Shown here: piece after piece, positions 14,125 to 29,299 of the stretch
Numbering within the stretch: the first letter of the stretch is position 1
Layout of the letters: every line of letters begins with the position of its first letter
NCBI RefSeq assembly: GCF_009914755.1
Contig: NC_060947.1
Direction: 5' to 3' (one strand)
From: the human T2T-CHM13v2.0 reference genome, Homo sapiens
DNA length: 64,000 nucleotides
Made by a program: the position numbers and the translations under genes
The notes under the pieces: model-generated
Databases searched by the model: none
What the model was told of the DNA's origin: nothing
The model's input: the letters and a program-made list of their open reading frames with translations, nothing else

Positions 14125-14380
14125 TAGTAGGGTGACTATAGCTTATAACAATGCATTGTATATTTCAAGATAGCTAAAAAAGAGGATCTTAAAAGCTATT
14201 ACTGCAAAGAAATGATAAATGTTTGAGGTTGCTGGATATACTAACCACCCCGATTTAATTATTATATAACATATACATGTATTGAAGCATCACATTGTAC
14301 CCCACAAACATGTAAAATTATGATGTGTCAATTATAAACAAAATAAAAAATAAATTTAGACATTTTTAAAAATTGAAAAG
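14125..14380 (+). mobile_element. L1M (L1MA-like) 3' end fragment
   Basis: tagtagggtgactatag...aaagaaatgataaatgtttgagg...catcacattgtacccc...tgtcaatta followed by an A-rich tail. Confidence 0.85.
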
Positions 14381-14450
14381 GAAACACATAATCCAAACTT
14401 CCTAGTGACTAAATACCTGACTTTTGCCCTTTGAGTTCAAAAGTCTTCTA

Positions 14451-15014
<564 letters not shown>

Positions 15015-18000
15015 CTAGGAATGTTCTCAGAGAAGGGTTACTGAAAATTAAGGAATTTGGGCCCTTACTCAGAGTCACAAAGCACCCTTGTCATTCACAC
15101 CGATCATTCTTCTGCTACAATAAAATCTTAAGGACAAATCCCATAGAAATTTTGGCAGTGTGGAAAAGCACAGGGCCCAGGTATCTCTTAAAAAGAGGAG
15201 CAAATATAGTTTATACCTTTACCCCAAACACAGGCAACACAATACCAGCTCCTTGAACAAACCATTCCTGCTCAAAGGAAAAACTAACAGATGCACAAAA
15301 TTATCTTTATTTTGAAATTCTGAGATTCCCCTTCAATCATGTGTCCACATACGTGCAAGGAAATATGCAGTACTAATATCCAAATTAGAAAAGTCACAGA
15401 GAGAACTACAGACATGGAATACAAGGTGAGCCAAACTCCCCAAAACAAAGGTGTAAGGTACGCTCTTGTTGGATACATTTGGCCCAACTTTGGAGTGGTT
15501 CTGGCAGGACTAAAAGAAATACCAGGATCAGAGTTAGCCTGACAAATTCACTACATTCTTCATTCTGCTCCAGTGACACCTACCCAAACCTCAAGAACAG
15601 TTGCTCTGGAACTCCAAGAATTTCAGAACACTTGGGTTTAAGATTCCCATCACACTGTCAATGAACCAAGGGGATTGGGGACTAGTTTTTTTCTCCTCAA
15701 GGAATTCTTGAGATTTTCAGTACAGGTCTCAGTCCAGTGCAGATTCTATTTTCCCTTCTCACCTTTCTAAATTGGTAATCCTTTGAAGCAACAATACCAT
15801 GTTACCCTGGGACAATCTAACTAAAATGGCTATAAGATCAGGCATGCATGGTGGATCACCCAGTGACTGCCTTTCAACCACTGTACCTTAAGATAAAATG
15901 TGATATACTTATTATGCAAATGCAGACTTGAGATATTAAAATGCTATGAAATGTTAATTGTTGGAATTGTTGCTCTTTTTTGAGGTTGCAGTATCAGTCC
16001 AAGTGAACTGGTGATGGAATCTGTGGCAAGCCTGAAGTTGCTATGGGACACACAAGTATTATTACAGAAAGCTTCAGAAGTAGTGGGATATCACAAGGGA
16101 GAGACTGAGGTATAAACAAGGCCCAAATTCTTTTTGTACCTAAACTTTAGGCAATCACACAAGTTGAAAAGAACTCACTCAAGGGTTGGCTCAAGGTTTA
16201 ACCACTGCCGGAATAATAGAAAAAATGAAGATACACACATGCAAATCAAATAGTAAGAAACAAAATGTGAAAGTGTTGCCAAAATGGCCCAGCAGAAAGT
16301 GTGTATGTGTGTGTATGCATGTGTGTGTGTGTAAAATCATCATCTTATATGTAGGGGAATCTTGGAGTATTGCCACACATTTCCTTTAGAATATTCTCAT
16401 TATTGATTATGCCAAGGACACAGATGTAAAGTGAGGTATACAAGGCAAACTGGGTTATGTGGTCACTCTACCTATATGGAGACTGGTGGTCTCTACCTTC
16501 AACCCAAATGACTAAGCTGAAATAAAATTTAGGTATGCATTCACAAAAAAGAATACTCGTCTTATTATCCAATCTACACAGTACACATATATAGATATAT
16601 ACACACACACATATATATGTAATACATCCAATTTGTAAGAAACACTCTCTCAGAAAAAACTAGCTGCAGTTCCCTGATACTGTTTTCCTAGAGAAATGTG
16701 ACAAAAAAATAAAACAGATGTTGTTCTAGCCAGGCATAAAGTGAGAATCAATTATGACTATTTCCTTTCCTGGAGTCATTTCATTTTAGAGAGCATCTAA
16801 CTAAAACCCTTTCTTGATATAAATGAAAAAGCATTTCTTTGAAACACACAACTAGTAAATGATATATATCAGTTTGCATCCTGTGACATACTGCTAATCC
16901 TCTGAGTATTAAATTGTCTCTGTTTCAGTTATATAACTGTTTAATTTTTTTCATCTTTAGTCATAGTAAGGTTTCCCAGAAAGTGTATTATCTCTGCAGA
17001 TGTCACCACTCACCAATTAGGGAAGACAGCAGTGCACAATTCATAGTGACCTCTCTATATAATAGACTTTGACACTTGGGTCTGCTGGGGAGGGAATGGA
17101 TTAAGACAATTTAATAGAATCTACAGTGACTAATTTTTTTCCATGAAAAACATTTTGTTTTGTGGATAGTACATTTTTTCCTTTGGACTTATTTCCAAAA
17201 ACCAAAACAAAAGCATTTAATGATGTTTACAGTGAAATGAAACAGCTGAAGACCAGCACATAATCACCATATTTTGTTTTCTCATTTTTAAGTCTTTTAG
17301 CAGTAGGGCTTCCAGCTGAGCTTGAGTCTAGCTTTTCTCAAGACATAGCCAAGCATTCTGAAGCTTCACTGAGCCTAACCACCAAGTTGAATTCATATTT
17401 CTTAATTGAAAAAGACAGGCTGTTTGCATAGCATGTTTGCATCAGTAAAATATTGAAAATGACATTTGTGCCCAAGTCCATCTAAACATTCTGCCTTAGC
17501 TGAACTCTGCTAATGTTTTTATACCCTGGCTTCTGCCTAGCAAAGTTTTAAATAGTGCCTCTCGATAAAGCATGTGTGGCTGAGTTCCGAGTTCACAGAA
17601 ATAGACTCTTCTTCATACATGAGGATGCCACTCCTGACATGTGCTTTGAGGTGCCTTTCACATTAACGGAATATTTTACATTGACTCAGCCACGTTCTCT
17701 TACCCTGGTCTCCCCTATGACTAATGGCATGGTTTTGTGTGGAAGCTAGAGGGAGGGATTTGGCATAGCAGCCCCATAGACAAAATGGGAAGTTTGGTAT
17801 TTTCTATCCTCAGTAAATAGTACACAATCTGTAATGAGAGAACAGAGTCTCACTCTGGGTAAAGCTAACCAGTCTGATAGGGAAATAAAACCCACCCCTT
17901 TGGTCTCATTAGTGCTGTGTTCTATGCAATTCGATTGATCAGCTGAATTCATGTACTAAAGCAAAAATAGGCATTTATTCCTGGAGAGAAGGCATCTGTT

Positions 18001-18134
18001 CATCTCCTATGAGCTCAGTGCAGTTTTATTGAAGAAAATGTATGTAATATGCACATGTAGTCAGCTTCTAAAGTGCCTGAACTTTATACAGACCTAGGGG
18101 ATCCACTTAGGGAGGGCAAAGAAGAATCTGGCTA

Positions 18135-18512
<378 letters not shown>

Positions 18513-18804
18513 TTAAAAATCTTTCTGAGCCAGGATGATGTCGGCTCTGTAATGAGGCAAACAGTGGCTAGACTGTCCAATAGGGTAGGAATAAGGGGAA
18601 GAGAAATTTGTGCTTAAAGATAATAAAACTTAACATTGCACAGAGGTTCCCACTATTGGATGCTGATACAGCTAATATTTTCGTTCACTTATCTTCAATG
18701 CATCACTACAGACAAGGTGGAAGAAGCTACAATTCTAAAACTGCCTCTAAAGAATGTCATCATTTCAGAAGACTTTTCTCTTCCTATAAAATCAAAGTAA
18801 AATA

Positions 18805-19065
18805 ATAATAGCTAGTGTTTACTGAGCAATTACTATTCGTGAGGCACTGTTTTAAGTGTTTGACATTAATTAACTGTTGAAATCATCACAACTCTGTAAG
18901 AGAAAGGTGCTACTAATATTCTCATTTGCAGATGAAAAAAAACAGAGGTACATGGAAGTGAGATAACTCGCCCAAGGTCACACAGCTGGTAAAAAATATA
19001 GCAGACCTAAGACTGAAAACAGGTAGTCTAGCTCCAGAGCCTGCCTAGAAATTTAACCACTATGT
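18805..19065 (-). mobile_element. MIR SINE
   Basis: taatagctagtgtttactgagc...ctcatttgcagatg...gcccaaggtcacacagctggta. Confidence 0.8.
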
Positions 19066-19250
19066 ACACTGATTCTTAAAAGATGTCTACTAACCAACTG
19101 TAAAAAGCAAAGGTAGCAGAAATTGAAGTAGTGCAACTAAAATAGGAAGGATTATCAGGATCAGAGAACCCAGTAAGTCAGTTTTATCTGAGAAAAATAG
19201 ATGAACATATTCAAAGAAAAAGAGGAGAGTCAGTAGCTGAGCGTGGAAGG

Positions 19251-19763
19251 TGTGATGTTTAATTTTGTGAGTCAACTTGACTGCACCATGGAATGCCCAG
19301 ATAGCTGGTTAAACATTATTTCTGGGTGTGTCTATGAAGGTGTTTCCAGAAGAAATTAGCATTTGAACTGGCAGACTCAGTAAAACAGACAATTCTCTCC
19401 AATGTGGGTGGGCATCATCCAATCCATTGAAGGACTGAATAAAACAAAAATTAAGAAAGAAGTTGAGTTTGTTCTCTGCCTTACTGCTTGAACTGGGACA
19501 TTAATCATCTCCCGCCTTCAGCGCTCCTGGTTCTCAAGACTTCAAACCCAGACTTGAATCTACACTATTGGCTCTCTGGTTCTCAGGCCTTCAAACTACA
19601 CTTCCATCTTCCCTGGTTCTCCACCTTGCAGATGGCAGATTATGAGATTCCTCAGCCCCCATAATCACATAAGCCCATACCTTACAATAAAACTCTTTCT
19701 ACATATTTATAGATTTAGATATGCCTATTGGTTCTGTTTCTCTGCAGAACCCTGACTAATATA
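19251..19763 (+). mobile_element. ERVL solo LTR (MLT2B-like)
   Basis: tgtgatgtttaattttgtgagtcaacttgactg...ggttctgtttctctgcagaaccctgactaata; TSD gaagg. Confidence 0.9.
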
Positions 19764-21128
19764 GAAGGCAAGACAAAAGTGAGAGCCAGAGAGTGAGCAC
19801 TAATGCAACTCTGAGTATAGTTATACTAAGAACATGAAAACTTTCAGCTCAAGTGTTGATAGGTAAAATGATTCTTGCATTTATTAAATCAATCTACCAT
19901 ACAATGCACTATGCATGCAATCCAAGAACTTCACACCATTTCTCATGAAATGGAGAATAATGCATAAGGTACAGCTATAGGGCACCCACCTACTATTTCT
20001 AATACTTTGTATGTCCTGACAGAATCCCCAGCTTTGCTACACCATGAACCATAAATTATGCATCTGAAATACCTAGTAGATGGTGAATCCATTCCCTAGT
20101 CGGTGAGGAAGCAGCAAAGGCACACTCAAGAAAATGTGTTGTTGCCTCAACAAGGAAGAATGGCATGTTTGTGAATTAACACAAACCCTAATAGACCTAT
20201 GCCTCTGAGAAAAGAGCCCTGTGGAAATGACACCGCAAACTCACTTGATCTGCTCAACCTTGGACATTCACAGGCCTGGCTCTCTGAGACTGATAAGAAG
20301 ATTCAGCACATATAATGAAGAGCTATGCCATGGACACAATGGATACATTGTCACCCTCCACACTTAGTCAAGAAGAATCACAGCAGATTTTTAACATATG
20401 ACCAACCTAGATGTAGAATGCTTGCTGACCTGAATATAAAAAGGAAAGACCAGGAGGCCAGTAACTGGAAAGCCATAATTATAAGAAAATGAAGAGCAGG
20501 AGAGAGTGAAGCATTGACCTGTTAGCTAATTATTTTCAGAAAGAATAACTGAGCATCAACTGCACTAAAATTAAAATTACTCAATAGGCCAGCTCACTCA
20601 GCTCCTTCAATTTATGTCACACAGCTAACTCAGCCTTATGGACCCACCAGGATGCCGTTCTTTAAAAAACAAACAAACAAGCAAATTATCTTACAGTTCT
20701 TTTATGGCCATGATGGCCAATTGGAAACACATGATTTAAAGTGTTTCACCATTTCTAGCTTTATGGCACATATTACGGAGTTTTCTGTAAATACTATTAT
20801 AATCCCACAGTTTAAATAGATGTAAAGTTTGTTTTTTAGAAATTATTCTCTGTTACGTGAGGTGAGTGCCTGCCTACAAGCACCCCTGTACCTCTGGAGA
20901 AAGGAAATGACCTGCCTGGATGATATTCAGGTCCATTTTTATAACAAATACTTAACTTTCCAACCTGTATATTTTCTGGTATCTGAAAATGTCCTTAATC
21001 CACAACACAAAGTTGTCACTTTAAGCCAGAGAATTCAACTCTGAATTCAGCAGCTGTTGAAACTTGCTTGAAACATATGATGGTGAGGGATCTAGTATGG
21101 GGGCAATGTAATTAACCAGCCCTTGGAG

Positions 21129-21330
21129 CAGGGCTTCCCAACCTTGGCAATATTGACATTTGGGGCTACAAAATCCTTTGTTGTGGCCGTCCTGTGCATT
21201 ATAAGGTGTTTAGCAACATCCCTGCCCTTTATCTACTGGATGCCAGTAGTGACCCCCACTTAAAGGAAAAAAACCAAAAGTGTCTCCAAAGAGACATTGC
21301 CAAATCACCCCACAGTTGAGAACAACTGCT
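21129..21330. mobile_element. MER20 hAT-Charlie DNA transposon
   Basis: cagggcttcccaaccttggcaatattgacatttgggg...gacattgccaaat...gttgagaacaactg. Confidence 0.85.
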
Positions 21331-21349
21331 CTAGGTTCTTTATTTCTAT

Positions 21350-21590
21350 AGCAGACTGTAGTAAAGAGCACTGAACTTGGAGTCATTAGGACAAGTAATA
21401 ATCTATAATCTGCCACTTCATCTGTGTGACCCTGGACCTGATATCTGATGTCTTTGAATCTCAGTTTCTTTATCTGTAAAATGTGTTTGCTAAAACCCCC
21501 TTCACAAGGCCATTTAGAAGACTCAAAGAGACTCTGTACATGAAGTACCAGATACACATAGATGCTCCATAAATGGTTATTGTTTAATAC
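21350..21590 (+). mobile_element. MIR SINE
   Basis: gtaaagagcactgaacttggagtca...ctcagtttctttatctgtaaaatg. Confidence 0.8.
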
Positions 21591-22799
21591 CATCATTATT
21601 CTGTGTAGTAATGTTTTCACTGAGTTACAATTAAATATTATGTCCATAGTTTTTATAGGATTGGTACAGAAAATTTATATTTAAAGAACACTTCTATATC
21701 TTCTGTAAACAATAGTCACACACTATTATGTGTGTGTGTGTTAATTTCTTCTAACATTAAAGAACAGAAAATAATAGTTCTCCTGTCAAATGGCCATCCT
21801 TCCTTTAATGAATAATTAAAACTATATCACTTGGTGTACTTACTGCTTTGTCTTCACTTCTCAAAAACTTCAACATAAATGTAATGTTTAATTGCAGTCA
21901 GTTACCTCCCTGGATGCCAGGGATGTCTACCTTACTTCTCCTAATTGGTTTTGGATCTGCCTTTTAAAAAATTGATCATCTTTTTCATAGGCATCTGAAT
22001 GTTACAAACAACCTCAGAGATTTTGCTTTTTGAATAGAAATTATGGAAATAATAAAACAGTGAAGGATTAGCTACTAGGATGTAAGGGACTGGTAGTGTG
22101 AGCACGAGAAGTTGTGTATTCTCAGAACAAAAAGCAAGGTATAACAACTCCCCCAAACCTTGGAATAGTTAACTCATTTAAAGATTAGTTTGCCCATCTG
22201 ACAAACTAAGCACCACTTACACTGATCTTGTAAGAGCATTTAGTGGTTTAATGAATGGATTTGTGTAAGGCAGTTTAAGACCCAGTGAGCAAGATGCCAC
22301 ACATTGTAAAATAGCCTGGTAAATGGCTACTCACCCAAAACAAATAACAATTTATGCCAGGCATAAAAATGCTGATTTCACTTGCTTTATTACCTGCATA
22401 CCTCTTGGGAGATGAAGGACTTGTAAAACAACTTTTGTGGGACAATAAATTAGGGGTTCCTGTTTCCAATGGTATTGTAAATGCCCATGTTTCTATTACT
22501 GCTCTGGTGGCCAACAAAAAGACAGATATGTTTGAAAACACCTAGAACAGGGTTCTGCACAGAAGAGTTACTCAGCAGATGCATGACGAATGAACATCAC
22601 ACAAATTCTGACCCATATTTACCATCTGAAATATTAGAACTCTTTTCCAAAAGACATAAGACTCAGAATGGAAACAGGTTATATCTTACTAGTAGGTGAT
22701 ACTACATACCCAGGGAATGATATCTGAGGCTAAGAATGAGCAAGGAGTGAGAATGAAGATTATTATAACTGTATTTAAGTAATACAAGGAAAATCCTAG

Positions 22800-22941
22800 A
22801 GTGGTTTCTGGACCACCTGTATCACAATCACCTTGGGAACCTGTTACAACTGGAGGTTCTCTAGGGATGGAGCTAGCATACCTGCGTTTAACAAGCCTTC
22901 CAGGTGTTTCCAATGCACATTAAAATCCAGAAATCACTGGC
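22800..22941. mobile_element. MER5-family DNA transposon fragment
   Basis: agtggtttct...tttaacaagccttccaggtg...agaaatcactgg. Confidence 0.7.
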
Positions 22942-23504
22942 TTAAAGAGAAATCTAGTGCTAGTCTTTAATAGAAAAATGCTAAGATTTTCTTCCATTTC
23001 TCTCATGCATTCATTCAATAAACATGTACCAAGCATTTATTATATACAAGGCACCATACGAAGTGCTGGAAAAACCCCAGGACAATTTGGGTGGAAAAAG
23101 AAAGCATTGTGCATGATTTAGGGAGCCAAAGCTCCTAATCCTTTCCACGCTGAGTCAGTGCTTTGTTCATTTCCTATTTCATTTTCTTTGGGCCACAGCC
23201 TTATGCCCTGCTTGATATTGTTCCCAAAGCACTGTAGGAGTGGATATCAGACAGCAGCCCACAAAACAGGCATGAGGAAAGAGTGCTGCAGCAGCGACAA
23301 AGTACCACTGCTGGCTTTCCTTGCTCTGAGAAGACAGCAAGAAACAAACAGAGCAGGAAGGAAGTCCATTCAGAAGAAACTCTGCACTGCCATGATTTGT
23401 TAATCTGGGGCCCTCACATAAGCCTCCTTGGGTACACCTGCGGGTTGCAAGTGACAGTCTGGAAAAAAAAAAAACTACAGAAATATAATGCTAGATTCCT
23501 TGGT

Positions 23505-23961
23505 GCATAAAATTATGGGGAGCCTGCCATATCACTTCCTTTTCCCACAGTTGAGATCCTTCTCAACCTTGATTTGTGCCTATGAGAACCCCCTTGCCCT
23601 CTGGCTTTCTGTTGGGTTTAGCCAAAGGAAGACATCAGCGGGAGATCAGAGCAGGGGAGGACAGTGATATCAGGATATTGATTGTCTCTGCTCCCTTCCT
23701 CCAGGGTCACTTCATGATGACTGGATCCCTTGGCCAACCAGAAGTCACTGTTACTCTCAAGTCAATGTTCCCTACATGCTCTCTTCCCTGGTCCTGTCTG
23801 AAGTATTTTTAGCTCCTCCAGTGCCATAATACTGCAGTATCCCTTGAGGTTCACTAACCGTGCCCAAGCCTTTGTAAATGGTCCTCTTTGTAAATAAACT
23901 TTCCTCAAGCCATTCCAATTTAGGCGTGCCAACTATTTCATGTAGGAACCCTGACTGATGA
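23505..23961 (+). mobile_element. Old ERVL LTR (LTR33-like)
   Basis: ccttgccctctggctttctgttgggtttagccaa...ggagatcagag...aataaa...ggaaccctgactgat. Confidence 0.65.
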
Positions 23962-24070
23962 AGGAAAGAACCAGAGGTGGACAGTGGTAGCTGCTGTTCA
24001 ACTACTCAAGGTAGATAGATGTAAAAGAGGAAAAGATGCCTGTATGTAAACAGTCTGGCTAAGAATGCTA

Positions 24071-24535
<465 letters not shown>

Positions 24536-25294
24536 TCAAAGAAACAGGGACTTGATAGTAAAATTAAAACTGATAATCAGATTCAGAATTTCCTGGCCAA
24601 GAGCGTTTACCATGCATGTAAATGGATCTTCAAGAAACCACATACAGCAAAACCCTTTTCAAACACTGTTGTGAGCTATTTGAACAGGCTTCGCATGACT
24701 TTATCACCTGGTGTTAGCCACCACTCTCAACATTTTCCACACATTTTACATTTAACACAGTTGGTCCCCAGAACAGCATAGCACACAAGATTCCCTGTAT
24801 TTTTCTAGGTATTATGCTTCATCTAAACTCAATTGACCACACAAATTCAAGGCCTTCAGAGTTTCCCAAAGCTCTCATGGCTCTGTAAACAGAACCCTGG
24901 CAAAAATGCATGTGTCCCTGAGTTTTCAGATGTTTCCTCTTCATCAAGGTGGTCCCTGGTTTTATTTAAAAAAAAGAAGAAAAAGCTATCTTTGATTTCA
25001 TGCAAAATCAGGAGACTTTTTCACCAAGAGCCCATTAAGTCTAGGTTGTGCCTTTTGTGTGTATGTGTCTATAAACAAAAAACATATAAAGTAATTAACC
25101 AAAATCAGAGGTTCCCAGTAAGTCTCAACGCTGCTGTGGAAATACATGTATCCCCAAAGATAAATGTTCAAACATAAGTTTTTATCTATCAGTCTACCTT
25201 GTAAATTGGATAGTCAGGACTGATGTAAGATGCAAGGGTCCCTGGGAGTCTTAGCTTTCTTCCAGGCTGTGACAATCAGACTCATACTATCAGG

Positions 25295-25463
25295 TTTTTT
25301 TATTTTATTTATTTATTTTTCTTTTTGGTAGAGATGGTGGGGGGTGGGGGGGAGGGGTTGCACTATTTTGCCCAGGCTGGTCTCCAACTCCTGGCCTCAA
25401 GCAGTTCTCCACCATCAGCTTCCCAAAGCACCAGGATTACAGGCATGAGCCACTGCGCCCAGC
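25295..25463 (-). mobile_element. FLAM / Alu left monomer
   Basis: Single reverse monomer with T-rich tail and an internal G-run expansion. Confidence 0.85.
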
Positions 25464-26769
25464 ATCATGTTATCTGTTTAACCTGGCTATAGAATTCCCA
25501 GGTACCCTGAGTTAGCCCGAGGGACCTGTGAGGGTAAGGCAAGTCACTGTTTTTATCAAAGTTTTAAAATGGAGCTTTGAAAATAACAATTCGGAAGCAG
25601 AAACAAAGCAGATTTCTGCTACAAAGGCACTCTAATCAGTGCACATAAGAGGGTTATTTTTTTCTTTCTAAAACAAATTCGTCAGATAATTTTGAATTCC
25701 TCACCTCTTGCTTTTATTCTGTGACCCAGGAAAATATTCTAAATGGATTCCTCCCAACCCCTCAAAAAAAATTCTCAACTGTGCTTTCACTGATAATACA
25801 AGGGCTACCCATTTTCAGACAACTAATGATCATCACTTAAGGTCACAAGCAATTCCAGACCAATACAGATAAACTTAGCATGTTTTAGGGGTTACTGAAG
25901 CCTCATGAATTAAATCAGACATGAATGCAAGTTACTTGAAGCTTGTTTATTCCTTGAATTCTACTCTTCTGGTGATGTAAATTTATGGGATTAGAGCCAG
26001 CAAAATAATACAATTTGCAAGCCTTCTCTGCTACAGCTCTAACATACCCTGCTGGCCTCTCTGTTTCATTTCTATTATTTTAACAAACATACTCAGAGTT
26101 CAATTTTAGCTGCAGAATAACCACTGGACCATTTAAGTGATATTTACATGAAACAGCAATACAGGCATCATTTGAAAGGTTAGGACTGGTCTTTCTGTGC
26201 AAGAGGTTCTCTTCTTTGCTCAGTTTCCACCTTTTAGAGGGCTTCCCAAACCCCTTGTCCTTCTCCCATTGGGTGCAGCCCACTGCACCAGATGGGATCT
26301 TTCTTGGCAGGATTCAGCTCTGTACTCACATCCATTATGGCTCCTTGGATACTAAATTATGATCAACCAATCACATAAATCTCAACTTTGAATGTTTCCT
26401 CTGAAACACTTCTAAAAATTTTAAGAAGAATCAGGCAAATTTCTTTTTCTCTCTCATCTAGAAAGGAAAGGATTGGCTTCTCTGTCATTAAAATATCTTT
26501 AAAATGATTTCAAAGTTGTTGAAATAGCATCAATCTCAAAACTCATGGGAAGTTCTACATGAAAAACATTTTTAAGGCTTTCCTTTATTTAAAGTGAAGA
26601 GCAACAAGAATTTTGGTATCAACATGATTGTGAAAGTTTTCTATTGTATATTTCTAATATCACATTAGAAATATTAGAAATAATATTAGAAATTAGAAAT
26701 ATTAGAAATAGTGAATATTTGTAATATCAGATTTCTGTCACTAGATAAAACTATATTTTAATATAATTC

Positions 26770-26920
26770 CAATTTTATTGTTGAGTGTTTATACGTACAT
26801 TTTCATACCAAGAAATGTAAAATGTCAACAGTGATTACCTTTGGTTGATGAAATTACCAGTGATGTTTATTTACTTTTTTATGCTTTTCTCAATTTTCCA
26901 AACTTTCTACAAATAGTAGG
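26770..26920 (+). mobile_element. Ancient L1ME 3' fragment
   Basis: aaatgtcaacagtgattacctttgg...attttccaaactttctaca. Confidence 0.55.
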
Positions 26921-27035
26921 TTGGACATTCATTTTAAAATCCCCCAAAAAAATACGTTTTAAAAATTTTAATCTGTTTTGCTTTTTAATGTTAAATCAAG
27001 CTTAGTTGCAGCAATAAGCAAGCAAACCAACATAC

Positions 27036-27094
27036 CTCTTGATTAAATGGGCTCGGCTATTCACGTAGTTGGAGTCAAAAGAATAGTTTTCAGT
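27036..27094 (-). CDS. PCDH19: PCDH19 internal coding exon (exon 4 by recall; 59 bp)
   Basis: Minus strand reads tttttaattttttcttctcattgcag|ACTGAAAACTATTCT...TTAATCAAGAG|gtatgt. Translates TENYSFDSNYVNSRAHLIK(S). The phase-2 end AG joins C of the next exon to make Ser. Confidence 0.96.
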
Positions 27095-28869
27095 CTGCAA
27101 TGAGAAGAAAAAATTAAAAAGGTTACACAGATGATTCATAAGTAGATTTCGAACTGCCCTACTTAGAAGGAATTTTTCTTCTGGGTCAAGAAGCAGTGAG
27201 TGAATTGGAACCCAAGGCCACAGTGCAGCAGCAGCCTCTGCCTCCTTCAGGCCCTAGGGGCTCCGTGGAGGCAGCAGCTCCCCGCTGCAGACCAGGGCGG
27301 CCTTGGCACAAACATTCCCTAGAATATGACTGGCTACTGACCATGCAACCACTTACTGAGAAGAGACAACGTGACCTACAATCCTTACAGAAACTAATTA
27401 CTTCCCATTCCCCAGTGGAGACAATTCTATGGCCCATCAAATTGACTGGAAGTTCAAAGGTATTTTTATTAGTAGTAGATAATTAACATGTTAAAATATT
27501 TATTCCAAAGATATGGAAATGCAGGCAAGGTAATACACCACTGTGGATTTAAACTCTGCACTTCCCTTTGTTTCAAGACATTTGCTCAGCACTGGTTATG
27601 CAGGAAGGCCTTTGTTTTATCACAGATACAAAAGCAAACAAATACTATGCCTAAAACAGGGTGAAGGGCAGTCCACAGGGGGTGCCAAAGCCTTTCATGT
27701 GAAACATGAAGTTTGCAAGCAAACCCCTGTCTCAGCTCCTATCATTAGAGCACCCCTGTTTAATCTGGTTACAGCAGACTGCTGGAGCAATGGCTTTATA
27801 AAAGCAAATGCAGAATACCTGCCAGATGAAAGAGATGGAAAAACAGCTAATGATCACCCAGAGGTTGGGAGAACTAGAGGGGAAAAGCCTTAGAAGGGTG
27901 AAATCCAGAGAAAAGTCGACACTAAAGTAACTGAATGTCCTAGTAAAGTGGATCTCGCCCCCAGCACTAAAGTACCACTCTTCTTGAACCATTGTATGAT
28001 CTAGAAACTACCCAAACACATCTCCCCCACCCTCTTGCCATCCCACTAGAAATCTCCACTGTTCCCACCATTCCTTAGGAGCCTTCTGAAATTACTTCAA
28101 CTGGGAGTGTTTGGAAAAGGAAACACAATTTCTGTCTAGCAAACAAAAGAGCAGATTCCTCTCAGACCTCTACCTGTCAGATACTAACTGTACTAGGCTC
28201 CTAGATGCAGCCCTTGCTTCCAAGGAGCTCACAGTTTGATGGAGAAGAAAACAGAACAGGCAATAGCAGATCCAGCTACCACATGGGCACCAAACAGCCA
28301 GCAGTCAGAATACAGACCCCAAGTGCCTACAATAGGTAGGAAGGGGGACGGTGAATGTGTGAGAGAGAGGAGGAGACAGTACTTAAAAGGAAACTAAACC
28401 CCAACATTGCCCTGCACTTACTCAGGTATGTTCATGTGCCCACCCATGCCCCTCATTTGAAGATGCACTGTGTAATATCTACTCACACTGCTTTTATCTA
28501 GAAGTTTATATCTCCTTTTTAATGTAAACTCAAGCAATTTTTAATGCTATTGGAAGCATGGGTTGGGGGATTAAAAATCAAAAGGGTCAGTTCATTTCTG
28601 GTTTCTTCATAGAGAGTGAATGCTGAAATTGTCACAAACAGGAATAGGAGGCAAACTTGGAAGCTGTGTTAGGAATACAATCCAAGTATTTGCTGGAAGA
28701 AGTTTATCCAACAGTCAGTCAACCAACAAACACTCTTTGAGTTAATTCGTTGTACCAACATAACAGGTAAAAATGATGTTGGTTAAATGTGTTCATCTAC
28801 GATATTCAGTACAATATATAATTTAACAAGTGGGAAGTTCACTACCCCACAAAAATTATGCTACCCTGT

Positions 28870-29299
28870 TGATGTGGTTTGGACCTGTGTCCCCACCCAA
28901 ATCTCATGTTGAATTATAATCCCCAATGTTGGAGGTAGGGCTTGGTGGGAAGTGATTTGATCATGGTGGCAGTTTCTCATGAATGGTTTAGCACCATCCC
29001 TCTTGGTACTGTTCTCTCGATAGTGAATGAGTTCTTATCACATCTGGTTATTTAAAAGTGTGTAGTCCTTCCTCCCCATCTCTCTCTCTCTTGCTGCTCC
29101 GGCCATGTGATGTGCCTACTCCCCCTTAACCTTCCACCATGATTGTAAGTTTCCTTAGGCCTCCCCAGAAGCTAAGCAGATGTCAGCATCATGCCTCCTG
29201 TGCAGTCTGCAGGACCACGGGCCAATTAAACCACTTTTCTTTATGAAATTACCCAGTCTTAGGTATTTCTTTAGGGCAATGTAAGAATGGACTAATACA
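28870..29299 (+). mobile_element. ERVL-MaLR solo LTR (MSTA-like)
   Basis: tgatgtggtttggacctgtgtccccacccaaatctcatgttg...ggactaataca; TSD cctgt/tctgt. Confidence 0.9.

Noticed and set aside
27196-27486. 96-aa plus-strand ORF in the GC-rich patch
   Set aside because: GTG start, no recognisable homology; openness explained by local GC content.
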